From Octopus vulgaris (taxonomy: Eukaryota): a DNA stretch of 64,000 nucleotides. Positions 11,981 to 24,127 of the stretch are shown here, piece after piece (position 1 is the first letter of the stretch; the number at the start of each line of letters is the position of its first letter). The notes beneath the pieces are model-generated. The model had not been told where the DNA came from. It ran no database searches and saw only the letters and a list, made by a program, of their open reading frames with translations. The DNA lies in the NCBI GenBank assembly GCA_951406725.2, contig OX597831.1:54312001-54376000 (forward strand). The letters are read 5' to 3'. A program made the translations under genes and the position numbers.

Positions 11981-12489
11981 CCGTAAATCCTCGAGTATAA
12001 TCCGCATTTTTTCCCCAAAATTTAAAGGTCAAAATCCCTAGTGCTTATTATACACGAGTTTAAAAATGGAAATTATTTTCTAAGCAATGTCCGAGTCTCT
12101 ATTTGCTGTCCGGCAATGTTTATTCAGACGCATTTTGTGATGTCGGGCGCGAAAATACCTTAAGCTCAGCCTGAAAGCAATGAAGTCATAAAAGAATCAT
12201 CCATAACTTGCTGTGAGCAACATTTATTAAACGTTATTACTGTTATTTCTTTATTTTCTGCAAACAAAATGCACAAAAAAGCTACACGTTTGCATTATGT
12301 TATATATACAATAATGATAAAGTACGTTACCGCATACATTTTTACAAACCAGGGACGTTATATAGACCTCCTTGACTCAAGTTAGATAAGGGGTGCGTAT
12401 TATTCACAAGGTTTAGGTTTTTCAGAGGTACAGCTCCCTAAAGATCCCCTGTGTATTATACTCGAGAGCGGACTATCGAAGATTTACGG
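11981..12489. mobile_element. Tc2/pogo-type MITE
   Basis: TA|CCGTAAATCCTCG ... CGAAGATTTACGG|TA, i.e. TIRs with TA target duplication and no coding capacity. Confidence 0.8.
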
Positions 12490-12923
12490 TACTTCGATTA
12501 TTCCGTACCACTCAGAAAAATGTACAAATTTGTGATTATGTTAGAACAGATATTTTGTCGTCAGGACAATTTGACTTCATCTGAAGATTTCTTGATATAC
12601 TGAATCCAAAAATCTAATCTATTTTTCATCACCGCATCTAGATTTCAAGATATCAACCAACCATCACCAATGTCTTTCTAAAAATTAATAGTTACTCTTT
12701 TACTTATTTCAGTCATTTGACTGTGGCCATACTGGAACACCGCATGTATTCGAGCAAATCAACCCAAGGACTTATTCTTTGTAAGCCTAGTACTTATTAT
12801 ATCGGTCTCTTTTGCCCAACTGCTAAGTTACGGGGACATAAACACACCAGCATCGGTTGTCAAGCGATGTTGGGGGGACAAACGTAGACACACGAATATA
12901 TATACACACACATACATATATAC

Positions 12924-12966
<43 letters not shown>

Positions 12967-12967
<1 letters not shown>

Positions 12968-15325
12968 TAGCAGAGATGCCCGGCGTTGCCCGGTTACATT
13001 CAATAGAAGAATTAGACTTTTCTGTTATATATATATATGGATACACACACACACACACACACACACACAAATATATGTATATTAATATAAATACATGAAA
13101 GTACATGAAGTTTGTTAAAAAAAGGGGATCATGTATATACCTCCTGGCTGTTGAGGTTATAACACCTCGTTGTAAACAATGTTCCTTGTTTCCCCTTGTG
13201 GAGCATATACAAAAAGGTTTCTTTTGGTTCCTACTCTTGAGCAGCCAACATACTGTTGCCTATGCGAGAAGCAGGGCTCTTCCAAGAGAAGACCAGCTAC
13301 AGAGAGGGTTTGACCCTGAGATTTGTTAATGGACATGGCAAAGTTGACACGAAGGGGGAATTGCAGTCTTCTGAATGTAAATGGAATTTCTGCTCCTGAT
13401 GGAGTAAGAGGAAATCTTGGAATAAAGACGTCATTACCTTTTCCACATCCAGAAAGAATGATCGCCTCAATAACGTGTGATATCATTTTCTTTATCACCA
13501 GTCGTGTTCCATTGCAAAGTCTTCGTGGTTCCAGATTGCGGAGTAGCATTACAGGAGTTCCAACTTTAAGTGGTAATATGTGTAGAGGTAGTCGAGGAGG
13601 CTCCAGTGAATTGAGAAATTCAGGAGGATAGTTCACAACTTCATTTATATCTGGAATTGTATCAACAGACTTGTAAGTGTGTATGGTGCCGGGAAGAGAA
13701 TGCATTAGCTGTTGATTAATTTTGTTCACAGCGACGTTTTCTGGAGCTAATATTGCTCTTTCACACAGCCAATTGTGATTTTGTTAGTTTTGTGTGAAGT
13801 TGGGAAAGACTTTGTTTTTGAGGTCATCTACAGAATTAATAACAGAGGAAAATGACCACACTTCCATTTGTCCTGCAGCATCGAGAGGCATCTTGCCTTC
13901 ACCAAGTGTCAAAATGTCCTGTGCAAACTTTGTGGACATTTTGTCGCCGTGTAGCTGAGCTCTCATGTTAGTGGTGAGACTAAAGATTGTAACATGATGC
14001 CACAGGGTAGAGGACTTTAGGCATGCTTGAACTTCATCAGCTCTAGTGCCTTTCGGAATGACAGGAAGAGTTTGGCTGAAATCACCTGACAACAGAAGCG
14101 TTACACCTCCCATTGGAGCCTGACAGTCTCGGATGTCTTTCAGGGCTCTATCTAATGCTTCCAAAGCTCCCTTGTGAGCCATAGTGCACTCATCCCAGAC
14201 AATTACATAACACATTTTAAGTACTTGTCCCTGATCTGAGCTTTTGTTGATGTTGCATGAAGGCATTTAGGATGCTACTAAATTGAGAGGGAGTTTAAAA
14301 GTTGAGTGTGCTGTCCTGCCACCTGGTAACAAAGTAGCTGCAATGCCAGAGGAGGCTACAGCTACTGCAATGTCCTGATGCTACCTAACTTCTGCAAGGA
14401 GAAGCTTTGTAATAAATGTTTTTCCTGTCCCTCCAGGAGCATCGAGGAAGAAGATTCGTCCCTCGCGTTGGCGTACACTGTTAAGAATAGTTCTGTAGGC
14501 CTGCAGTTGGTCCGGAAGTAATTTAGGCTCATTTTCAACAATGTACTTTGAAAGCGCTTGGGTGTCGTAGGTTGTTTCACGAATGACAGCAGTGTGGAGG
14601 CTATTTGACCCTGACCTGAATGCTTGCGGCAGGCCATACGTCGACAATTCATTTCCACCCAGTTTAGCAATTCTGTCTTCAACGTCAATGAGTGTTTTGT
14701 TATAGATTTCATTGCTGATACCCTCCATGTCAGGATAGAGCAGTTGAGCTTGGCGCTGAAGGGGACAATGTTTTTGAGATTCCGGTTCGAATGTAAGGTA
14801 GGTTTGAAAATGTTCCCAATAGTTATTAGTTGTAGTGGTGGAGTGTTTATGCCGAATATGTACGTATGCATGTATATATATGTATGTATGCCTGTATATA
14901 TGTACAAAATCCACTGAGAAGGCTTTTGTTGGTCTGAGGCTACAGCAGAAGACACATGTCAAGTCACCACACAGTGGGACTGAACCCAGGACCATGTGTT
15001 TGGAACGTAGTTTGTTACCACACAGCCACACCTGCCCCTATGTATGTGTGTGTGTATGTGCGTATGTGTGTATGGGTAGATATATTATGCATGTATATAT
15101 GTGTACATATTACACGTACATCTATATATATATATACATCTACACATAAAATAGAAAATACAAAGTTATATGTTGATATCGCTAGTGATAACAATACTCA
15201 AAATATATAACAGACTGGAATTGTAGGCCCGTCTCTTGCAATTTCGATCAATTGGATCTTGTCCTCCCTCTTGTATAGAAGTGTACGGCTGCAGCGAAAT
15301 CTGCCTTTTATCATAAGATAAGAGA
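12967..15325 (-). mobile_element. Internally deleted Helitron carrying a degenerate PIF1-family helicase (about 13157-14780)
   Basis: Motifs FLDAPGGTGKT, VASSGIAATLLPGGRTAHSTFKLP, IVWDECTM, LSGDFSQTLPV, LKVGTPVMLLRNL and QFPLRVNFAMSINKSQGQTL. The 3' end has a CCGGGCAACGCCGGG hairpin plus CTAG|T; the 5' end is A|TC. A SINE fragment lies at about 14915-15040. Confidence 0.9.
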
Positions 15326-15331
15326 TATATG

Positions 15332-15417
<86 letters not shown>

Positions 15418-15419
<2 letters not shown>

Positions 15420-16430
15420 TTAATCCAAACAAGAAAACAAAAAAGACAACAACGCAAAAGGTGGAACAATTAAAGTATTATTAGACGCTCAGGAAAAAAG
15501 GGAAGAAGGAGGGTATGACGTTTCGAGCGGAGCTCTTCGTCGGAAACATAAGAGAAAGAAAGATCCCGAGGTGGGAGGACAGAGGGAAAAAAACGCGAGT
15601 GGTCTTCACGAGGTAAACATACTGAGAGGCGGAAGTCGTAGACGAGAGGGGACAGGTTTTCAAAGACAGGAGAGCGGAAAAAGAAGGAAGGTAAAAACAC
15701 AATGAGTGAGATGAAGAGTGTGTGTATGTGAGTGTGTGCGTGTGTGTGTATGTATGTATATGTTAGGCGACGGCTAGTGGCAAGCAGCGGTAGTGGCGGT
15801 GTGCGGGATGACAGAGTGTGTGTTTATTAGTGCGTGCGTCTGTGTGTATGTGTGTGTATGTTGGGCGAAGGCTAGTGGACGTAGCAGTCACAGGTCAGTA
15901 GCAAAAGGAGGAAGAAGGGGAATGTGTGCGTGCGTGTGTGTGTTTTGTTGTAGTATGTGTGTGTACATGTGCGTTTTTTGTGTGTATGGCGAGTAACTTT
16001 GCTTAACAGAGTGTATGTGTAGGTGTGTGTGTGTGCTTATATGTGCGTATATGTATACTTGTGTGCATGTATGTATGTGTGCGTGGGCGTGTGTGCGCAT
16101 GTTTAGGTGTACGTATGTATGTGTGTGTCAGTGCTTATATGTGTGTACGTATGTGTATGTGTGCGTGCGCGTGGAGGTATATGTTGGGTGTGTGTATGTG
16201 CCGGTGTGCATGTGAATTTGTGTGTGTTTGTACGAGTGTAAGTGTGTGTGCGTGTATTGTATATATATATATATGTAAATGTGTGTGTGTGAGTGCGTGG
16301 GAGTGAATGTATGTATGTGTGTGCGTGTGTGTACAAAAAGTAGGGGTATTATATGTGTGTTTATATGTTTATGTGTGTGTATATATATGCATGCAAGGAA
16401 ACAATTTGCAACTGACGGAATGATGGAAAA
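15418..16430 (-). mobile_element. Truncated 3' part/pLTR of a Penelope-like element (homologous to 38230-39095)
   Basis: Colinear similarity with 38230-39095, including the terminal repeat and the GT-rich UTR. Confidence 0.8.
15513..15547 (-). ncRNA. Minimal hammerhead ribozyme-like motif (core variant CCGACGA)
   Basis: Minus strand GTTT-CCGACGA-AGAGCTCCGCTC-GAAA-CG-TC-ATAC. It carries a U4>C core change and a GUC cleavage triplet. Confidence 0.5.
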
Positions 16431-16519
16431 ATACTCCCGCGGTGACAGGCGTAAGAGAAACCCAAGAACACGCCGGCCCCAGACACGAACCCGAGATTTA
16501 GCCAGAACCCACAAGCGTG

Positions 16520-17194
16520 GTGCATGCATGTGTGTGCGCGTGCATGCGAGCGTGTGTGTAAGTATGTGTGTGTGTGTGTGTATGTGTGAGTGTGTATGGG
16601 TGTATGTCTGTGTGTCTGTGTGTCCGTATGAATGTATGTAAGTATGTGTGTGTGTATATGTGTGTGTGTATAGGTGTATGTATGTATGTGTGTGTATGTG
16701 TGTATGTGTGTGTATGTATGTATGTGTGTATGTGTGGAAGTGTGTGTATGTGCATGTGTGTGCGCGTGCATGCGAGTGTGTGTGTAAGTATGTGTGTGCA
16801 TGTATGTGTGAGTGTGTAGGTGTGTATGTCTGTGTATATGTGTCCGTATGAGTGTATGTAAATATGTGTGTGCATGTGTGTATGAGTGTATGTATGTATG
16901 TGTGTATGTGTATGTGTGTATGTGTGGAAGTGTGTGTGTGTATGTATGTATGTATGTGTGTGTGTATGTATGTATGTGTACGTGCGTGTGTGTGTGTGTA
17001 TGCATACATGCGTGTAGGTGTGTGTACGTGTGCATGCCTGCATGCATGTGCGTATGTATATGTGTGCATGTGTGCAAGTATATATGTATGTGCGTATATG
17101 TGTGTGTGTATGCATGTGTGTGTATGTAGGTGTGTAGGCGTGTGTGTATAGGTGTATGTGTGTATGTATGTATGGGTGTGTGTCTGTGTATGTT

Positions 17195-17227
<33 letters not shown>

Positions 17228-18345
17228 ATGTATGAGTGAAGGTATGAATGTATGTAAGTGTGTGTGTGTACGTATGTAATGTATGTATGTATGCGTGTGT
17301 GTGTATGTATGTATGCGTGTGTGTGTGTATGTAGGTGCGTATGTATGCGTGTGGGAGTGTAGGTGTGTGTGTGTGTGCGTGTGCGTGTGCGTGTATATGT
17401 TGGTGTGTGTGTATGTGTGTGTGAGTGTATGGGTGTGTATGTCATGCATGTGTGTGCGCGTGCAGGCGAGTGTGTGTAAGTATGTGTGTGTGTATGTATG
17501 TGTGAGTGTGTATGTGTGTATGTCTGTGTGTATGCGTGTCCGTATGAGAGTATGTGAGTATGTGTGTGTGTATATGTGTATGTGTATGGGTGTATGTATG
17601 TATGTATGTGTGTGTGTGTGTATGTATGTATGTGTGTATGTGTGGAAGTGTGTGTGTGTATGTATGTATGTGTGTGTATGTATGTGTGCATGCGTGTGTG
17701 TGTGTATGTATGTATGCGTGCATGCGTGTATGTGTGTGTATGTATGCGTGCAAGCATGCATGTGCGTATGTGTGTAAGTATATGTGTATGTGCGTATATG
17801 TGTGTGTATGTGTGTGTGTGTATGTATGTGTGTAGGCGTGTGTGTATAGGTGTATGTGTGTATGTATGTAAAGGTGTGTGTCTGTGTATGTTTGTGTGTG
17901 TGTGTATGTATGTATGTATGAGTGAAGGTATGAATGTATGTAAGTGTATGTGTGTATGAATGTATGTAAGTGTGTGTGTGTACGTATGTAATGTGTGTAT
18001 GTATGCGTGTGTGTGTGTATGCGTGTGCGTGTAGGTGCGTATGTATGTGGGAGTGTAGGTGTGTGTGTGTGTGCGTGTATATGTGGGTGTGTGTGAATGT
18101 GTGTGAGTGTGAGTGTAAGGGTGTATGTCTGTGTGTATGTATGTCTTATGTATGTATGTGTGTGTATGTATGTATGTGTGTGTATGTGTGTGTGTGTAGG
18201 TATGTATGTGTGTGTATGTATGTGTGTAAGTGTGTGTAAGTGTAAGTATGTAGGTATGTAGGTGTGCGCACGGGCATGCATGTGTGTATGTATACATACG
18301 CACGCACACACACGCAGCACGCTCACACACACAACACACAAACAA
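16520..18345. repeat. Complex GT/GTAT low-complexity satellite with internal higher-order duplications
   Basis: About 1.8 kb of mixed (GT)n/(GTAT)n with recurring landmarks such as GTGGAAGTG, GTCCGTATG and GAGTGAAGGTATGAATG. Confidence 0.9.
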
Positions 18346-18434
18346 CACAACGCACGCATATGGGGCCGACCCCACCCCAGGCCCGCGCCAAGGCGCGCGC
18401 GCGGACCCCCGAACACCCACACCACGAGAACCGA

Positions 18435-18478
<44 letters not shown>

Positions 18479-18675
18479 GTCGGCTTCTTTCAGTTTCCGT
18501 CTACCAAATCCACTCACAAGGCTTTGGTTGGCCAGAGGCTATAGTAGAAGACACTTGCTCAAGGTGCCACGAAATGGGACTGAACCCGGAATCATGTGGT
18601 TCGTAAGCAAGCTACTTGCCACACAGCCACTTCTACGCCTATTACCTCATCAAAATCTCAAAGCTTCAAGATAAT

Positions 18676-19072
18676 CCCTTCCCCCAAATCTGAGTCCTTG
18701 TGCTTCCAGTAGAAAAGATTAAGTCGATTACATCAACTCCAGTGTGTAACTAGTACTTATTTAATCGATCTCAAAAGGATGAAAGCAAAGTCGGCTTCGG
18801 CGGAATTTGTACTGAGAATGTAGCAGCAAACAAAATACCTATTTCTTTACTCCCCACAAGGGGCTACACACAGAAGGAACAAACAAGGACAGACAAACGG
18901 ATTAAGTCAATTATATCGACCCCAGTGCATAACTGGTACTTATTTAATCGACCCCGAAAGGATAACAGGCAAAGTCGACCTCGGCGGAATTTGAACTCAG
19001 AATGCACCGGCGGGCGAAATACCACAAAGCATTTCGCCCGGCGTGATAACGATTCTGCCAGCTCGCCACCTT
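18676..19072 (-). mobile_element. Dimeric family-B SINE insertion with a 17-bp TSD
   Basis: Two tandem SINE-B bodies bounded by TCAAAGCTTCAAGATAA at 18658-18674 and 19074-19090. Confidence 0.75.
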
Positions 19073-19094
19073 ATCAAAGCTTCAAGATAAAGCA

Positions 19095-19411
19095 TGATTA
19101 ATTCCAAGTATGTGAATAAATGAGAATGACTTTGTTTTTGTATCTGTAGTGTGTGCGAGATAGTCGATATATAAAGGCACCTACCTTCTCTTCGCTCTGA
19201 TAGAGACCCTTCAGTGGTAACGGATCCTTCGTCACAACCCCGACCCGAACGCTAAAGATAGCAGCTGCTTCATCCAGCCTTAGCAACGTCTTCACACGTC
19301 TTAACACCTCGACGACCCTCGTTGGAAAGGCCGAAATCCCCGCTCCCTGCGCACGTCTTCCGGTTGCCCCAACGTCCGGTCAACGCACCCAGCTGCTAGC
19401 GTCATCCCACA
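19095..19411 (-). repeat. Putative 3' LTR (317 bp)
   Basis: Minus strand TG...CA ends, preceded by purine-rich AAGATCAGGGTGGCG just after the pol stop codon. No second LTR is present to confirm it. Confidence 0.6.
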
Positions 19412-21557
19412 CGCCACCCTGATCTTAAAGATCTCTCCACTCCATGTCGTAGTCCACCATCCAACCGGGAGGGCGTCTTGCGCGTCGAGGTCTTCTCAAG
19501 CTGGGCACCTCGTTCTCCCCCTCTCCAGAATCGTTGTCCGTCGAAGCGACAATCCTGCGAAGGTCCAAGACGTGTCGCGGCATTTCATCCACGGATACGT
19601 TGTTTCTGGAATTGACCGCCGTCACCGTTCCTCTGCTCCATTGAGACGTACAGCGCGCCTTTGGTGGCTTAACCCAGACTTCCTATTTTCACGCGAACGG
19701 GTCCCTTCTCTTCCTCGTGACCCTCCGGCGCTTTGCTCGGGTGCCTCCATTCATATTTGAACACAGCTCACTGCGGCACAGATTCCTCAGCTTGTCCGGA
19801 TCGGGGAGACAAGTTGTACCAAAAAACTGCTTCAAGCGGCGAAATGTGCCCTCTTTCCGCTATGGCCTTGACTGTCCGATGGTGCCTCTCCATGATCCCG
19901 TTACCGCTCGGCCTATACGCTGCTCTGAACAAGCGACGCACATTCCACCGATCAAGCATAACCCTCAATGCTTCCGAACGAAACGCCGCCCCGTTGTCCA
20001 TCAGTAGTTCTTCCACGGGACCTCTCTCTAAAAATATCCCGTTCAGGATCTGCGCGATCTCGTCAGCAATGCCCGTTCTCAACTCCCTCCAAATGGCCAG
20101 CCGGCCTGGCCCGCAGTCGACCATGGATAGCTACATTCCCTGACGGTAGTGTGTCACATCCACAGCTAGCCTTTTCCAGTTCTGCTCCACCGAAAGGCTT
20201 CCCTGTTCATGCCCACACGGAGTAGGGTCGATGGACTGACACCTGTCGCAGCTCCCGACCACCTTCCGGACGCTTCTCCTAGTGACGTCAGCATCAATTT
20301 TCTTCGCCAGATACAGGGTCCTGTCCACACCCAGGTGATGCATAGCATGCAGTCTCTTCAGTTCGGAGTCATCCAACCGACACGCCGCAGCTATCCCTTT
20401 CCGGGCCTCCTCCGGTTCTTCCAACCACGCTCTTTTCACCCTGGTCAGTGCGTCCGCCCTGTTTTTCTCCGAAGGCACGAAAACCACATTCAGCTTCAGT
20501 CCGAACTCGGCGATCAATTCACCTAGAACTCCTAGACGGCGCTTCACTAACATCTCCGCTGCACCTTTCGTCCGCACTCTCCTTTCACCGGTGATCACCG
20601 ATCCTACCCAGCCAAGCACAGTGGCCGAATCCGTCCGGATTTCAATTGTGCGCAGCCCCCATTTCTGGGCCAAGTTTACCCCTTTCAGCACCGCGTCTAA
20701 TTCGGTGACATTGATGTGGTTGAAAACATCTGCTTTCCGAAGCCAGGCCGCGTCCTCCACCGCAGCACCTTCGATTGCCAACACAACCCCTATCGCTATA
20801 CTGCTAGCATCACACCAGACGGTCCCGCATTCCGTCTTGGGCACGTACCAGTTCCCCCCTGACCGGGTCTTCCGCTCTCGTCCTCTCTAGGATTTCCTGC
20901 ATCATCACCACCGTCCCTTCACCCACCTTGTCGCCCCAACTCTCCCCCTCTGCTCGTCTCTTGGTGTAACTACACGCCGTGCGCAGCCATCCAGCGATCG
21001 GGTAGTGACCGACCAACATCCCACACACCGAGAGCAGCTCTCTCCTGCTGACGCTGGAACTCAGCTCTGGGATTTCATTCCCTCTCCGGAACACCAGTTC
21101 ACCCGATCTATCTCTTCGCAGCTTCAGCCCCAGCTCGGCTCCCCCTTCCATCGACTTCGGTGGCTTCGCAATCAGTCCGAACTTCTCCAAATGTCTAACT
21201 ACCTCGTTGACTGGCACTACAGTTTCGTCCACCAAAATGTCGTCAATGTAGGAGCTGGTGGCCTTTCTAATCTTGCCGTCTTTCCCTAGGACGGACTTAA
21301 GCACTGCCGCCATGATCTTCGGAGCGGAATTCAGCCCGAAACCCAGCCTGGTTAAACAGTACGTCCGGCCTTTGTACCGCACCAGCTGATATCGCCACAG
21401 TTTGTCGCTCACATGGAGCTGCAAGTATGTCGATTTCAAGTCGACAATCGTCGCTGCCTCGGTCGACTGTCTCCACGCACATAACGTCTCGCCACAAACG
21501 TCTGTCGCCTCACCTCCCGTGTGACACGATATATGCTGGTTTAGCTCCCTGTAACAG
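19095..21557 (-). mobile_element. 5'-truncated Gypsy-type LTR retrotransposon (RT-RNaseH-integrase, frameshifted)
   Basis: RT (IVDLKSTYLQ, LGFGLNSAP, YIDDIL), RNase H (VWCDAS, HINVTEL, IRTDS) and integrase (HAMHHLG...CDRC, LAVDVTHY, MDNG, SGNGIMERHHRTVK), in Gypsy order. Confidence 0.88.
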
Positions 21558-21559
21558 GA

Positions 21560-21930
21560 GTAGAGGAGTTGCACTCTGTTATTTACAGTCTCTAACCTTT
21601 AGTATCAAAGACAGGGAGTCTATTATTAGGGTGCCTAGTGGGGTAATCTATAGTTACCTTGAAACTTTGGTGGATGGAGTTAGCTACATGCTGGATGCTC
21701 TCCATTATGCACCTCTCGGTTTCTAGACATTTATTAGGGTTTGTCCTAACTAGAATATTAATGTCATCTACATACCTACAGTAAAGCAATACAGCTAGGA
21801 ATTAAGTTTTCTGTTTCACCAGGTCATGAAGAGATTGACTTCATCTCCAGTCACACCAACACTAATGGCTGCACCTTGAATCTGCATGTAAAGTTTCCTG
21901 TCAAACTTCACTATGTGGTTCTTACGCTAG
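21560..21930 (-). mobile_element. Penelope-like RT fragment (different family from the 38-43 kb element)
   Basis: NHIVKFDRKLYMQIQGAAI, LYCRYVDDINIL and VTIDYP...RLPVFD, matching the PLE RT motif B, motif C and thumb pattern. Confidence 0.65.
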
Positions 21931-22565
21931 CTCCCATAGCATGCACAAACATTTTTTTTTTCACCTGACTGTTGTTCTCAGGGTCCCGAGTGGATATGGT
22001 CCAGCCACTCCTGTGCTCTGTTGTGCTTTTCTCACTGCCGACGTGATTTTGGGTGGTCTTCCTTTCTGCGGCTTGGTGGGGCCAGAATCTACTTGGGTCA
22101 TGGTTGTGAAGGTAGTTATGAGAATTACTTTTGACAGAATAATGTGAGCACTAAAGAGTTAAGCTCAAAACAAACAGCCGGAAGAAATAAGCATTTTGTC
22201 CAATATACTAAAGATTCTGCCAGCTCACCGCCTCAACAGGGGAATAGAAGACATAAAAATAACCACACACATATACACACAAATGGAAGCATATTTGAAT
22301 TTGCAAACGTAATAAGTAAATACACTACCGTTGGGTTTTTGTTTTGTTTTTAGGGGGAGTTTGGTGGGCACCAAAACTTCAACCAACCATAAAGTTACAT
22401 TCCATCAAAAAGGAACACAAAGTCATGACGGTAAGCCAACTTTCCCATTCCACGGCAACTTGGTGTGCTGGGTCACCAACCCAGACCTCTGCCGCTCATC
22501 AGGCTGAAAAAAGCAAACTGACAAATTACCGGTAGCTGGCAGGTTTATGGCCAAGCCTGTGACAT

Positions 22566-23402
22566 GGGGTGACCTCTAGCATTCTTGGCTCCCCCCGAAC
22601 CATGTCCCTCCTCCTACCAATTGGGGCAAAGATGGCTATCTAGGGGTGACCTCTAGCATTCTTGGCTCCCCCGAACCATGTCCCTCCTCCTACCAATTGG
22701 GGCAAAGATGGCTATCTAGGGGTGACCTCTAGCATTCTTGGCTCCCCCGAACCATGTCCCTCCTCCTACCAATTGGGGCAAAGATGGCTATCTAGGGGTG
22801 ACCTCTAGCATTCTTGGCTCCCCCGAACCATGTCCCTCCTCCTACCAATTGGGGCAAAGATGGCTATCTAGGGGTGACCTCTAGCATTCTTGACTCCCCC
22901 GAACCATGTCCCTCCTCCTACCAATTGGGGCAAAGATGGCTATCTAGGGGTGACCTCTAGCATTCTTGGCTCCCCCGAACCATGTCCCTCCTCCTACCAA
23001 TTGGGGCAAAGATGGCTATCTAGGGGTGACCTCTAGCATTCTTGGCTCCCCCGAACCATGTCCCTCCTCCTACCAATTGGGGCAAAGATGGCTATCTAGG
23101 GGTGACCTCTAGCATTCTTGACTCCCCCGAACCATGTCCCTCCTCCTACCAATTGGGGCAAAGATGGCTATCTAGGGGTGACCTCTAGCATTCTTGGCTC
23201 CCCCGAACCATGTCCCTCCTCCTCCCAATTGGGGCAAAGATGGCTATCTAGGGGTGACCTCTAGCATTCTTGGCTCCCCCGAACCATGTCCCTCCTCCTA
23301 CCAATTGGGGCAAAGATGGCTATCTAGGGGTGACCTCTAGCATTCTTGGCTCCCCGCGAACCATGTCCCCCCTCCTACCAATTGGGGCAAAGATGGCTAT
23401 CT
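22566..23402. repeat. Tandem array of 11 near-identical 76-bp GC-rich units
   Basis: Unit GGGGTGACCTCTAGCATTCTTGGCTCCCCCGAACCATGTCCCTCCTCCTACCAATTGGGGCAAAGATGGCTATCTA starts at 22566, 22643, 22719, 22795, 22871, 22947, 23023, 23099, 23175, 23251 and 23327. There are no spacers. Confidence 0.97.
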
Positions 23403-24127
23403 GCAAGCGTAAGCCCGTCAGTCAGAGTAGCTATTCCGGCACATCTCACTCGCCATCCTCCGACGCAACGCCTTTTCAATTTGGTCTGGTGAGTTACAGG
23501 AAATTGTACCTTCCATCCCTTGATGTAGTTACTCCCAATAGTCTTTTCTACTATAGGCACAGGCCTGAAACTTTGGGGTGGGGGGAAGGGGTCCACTCGA
23601 TTACATCAACCTCGGTGTGTAAGTGGTACTTATTTCATAGACCCCGAAAGGATGAAAGCCAAAGTCGACGTCGGCTGAAATTCATACACATATATACACA
23701 CACATATATAAATATATATACACATATATATATATATGTATATACACACATACATATGCATACACAAATACATATATATACACAAATACATATGCATACA
23801 CAAATACACACATATATATGCATACACATATATATGCATACAAACATGTATACACATACATATGCATACACACGTATACACATACATATGCATACACACA
23901 CGTATACACATACATGTGCATACACACGTATACACATACATGTGCATACACACACGTATACACATACATGTGCATACACATACATATGCATACACACGTA
24001 TACACATACATATGCATACACACACACATGCATACACACACACACATATATATAATAGATAAATTTCCTCTATTTACATAATATTGAGGTCTCTTTCTTT
24101 TGTTATCTTACCGTTTTTACCAATATA

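Noticed and set aside
13157-14780. Host PIF1 helicase gene
   Set aside because: It is intronless, contains stops and frameshifts, and is bounded by Helitron termini.
16128-18425. Long His/Thr- or Cys/Val-rich ORFs (313-640 aa)
   Set aside because: They are translations of GT/GTAT microsatellite, which lacks stops in several frames on both strands. There is no sign of real coding.
22566-23402. CRISPR array or tandem tRNA cluster (76-bp unit; minus strand has TGCCCCAATTGGT and GGTTCG box-like words)
   Set aside because: There are no unique spacers and no cas genes, and the context is eukaryotic. No cloverleaf forms and the A/B-box spacing is too short for a tRNA.
23270-24055. 261-aa ORF
   Set aside because: It is a chance read-through across the tandem array end, a SINE fragment and a CA/TA microsatellite.
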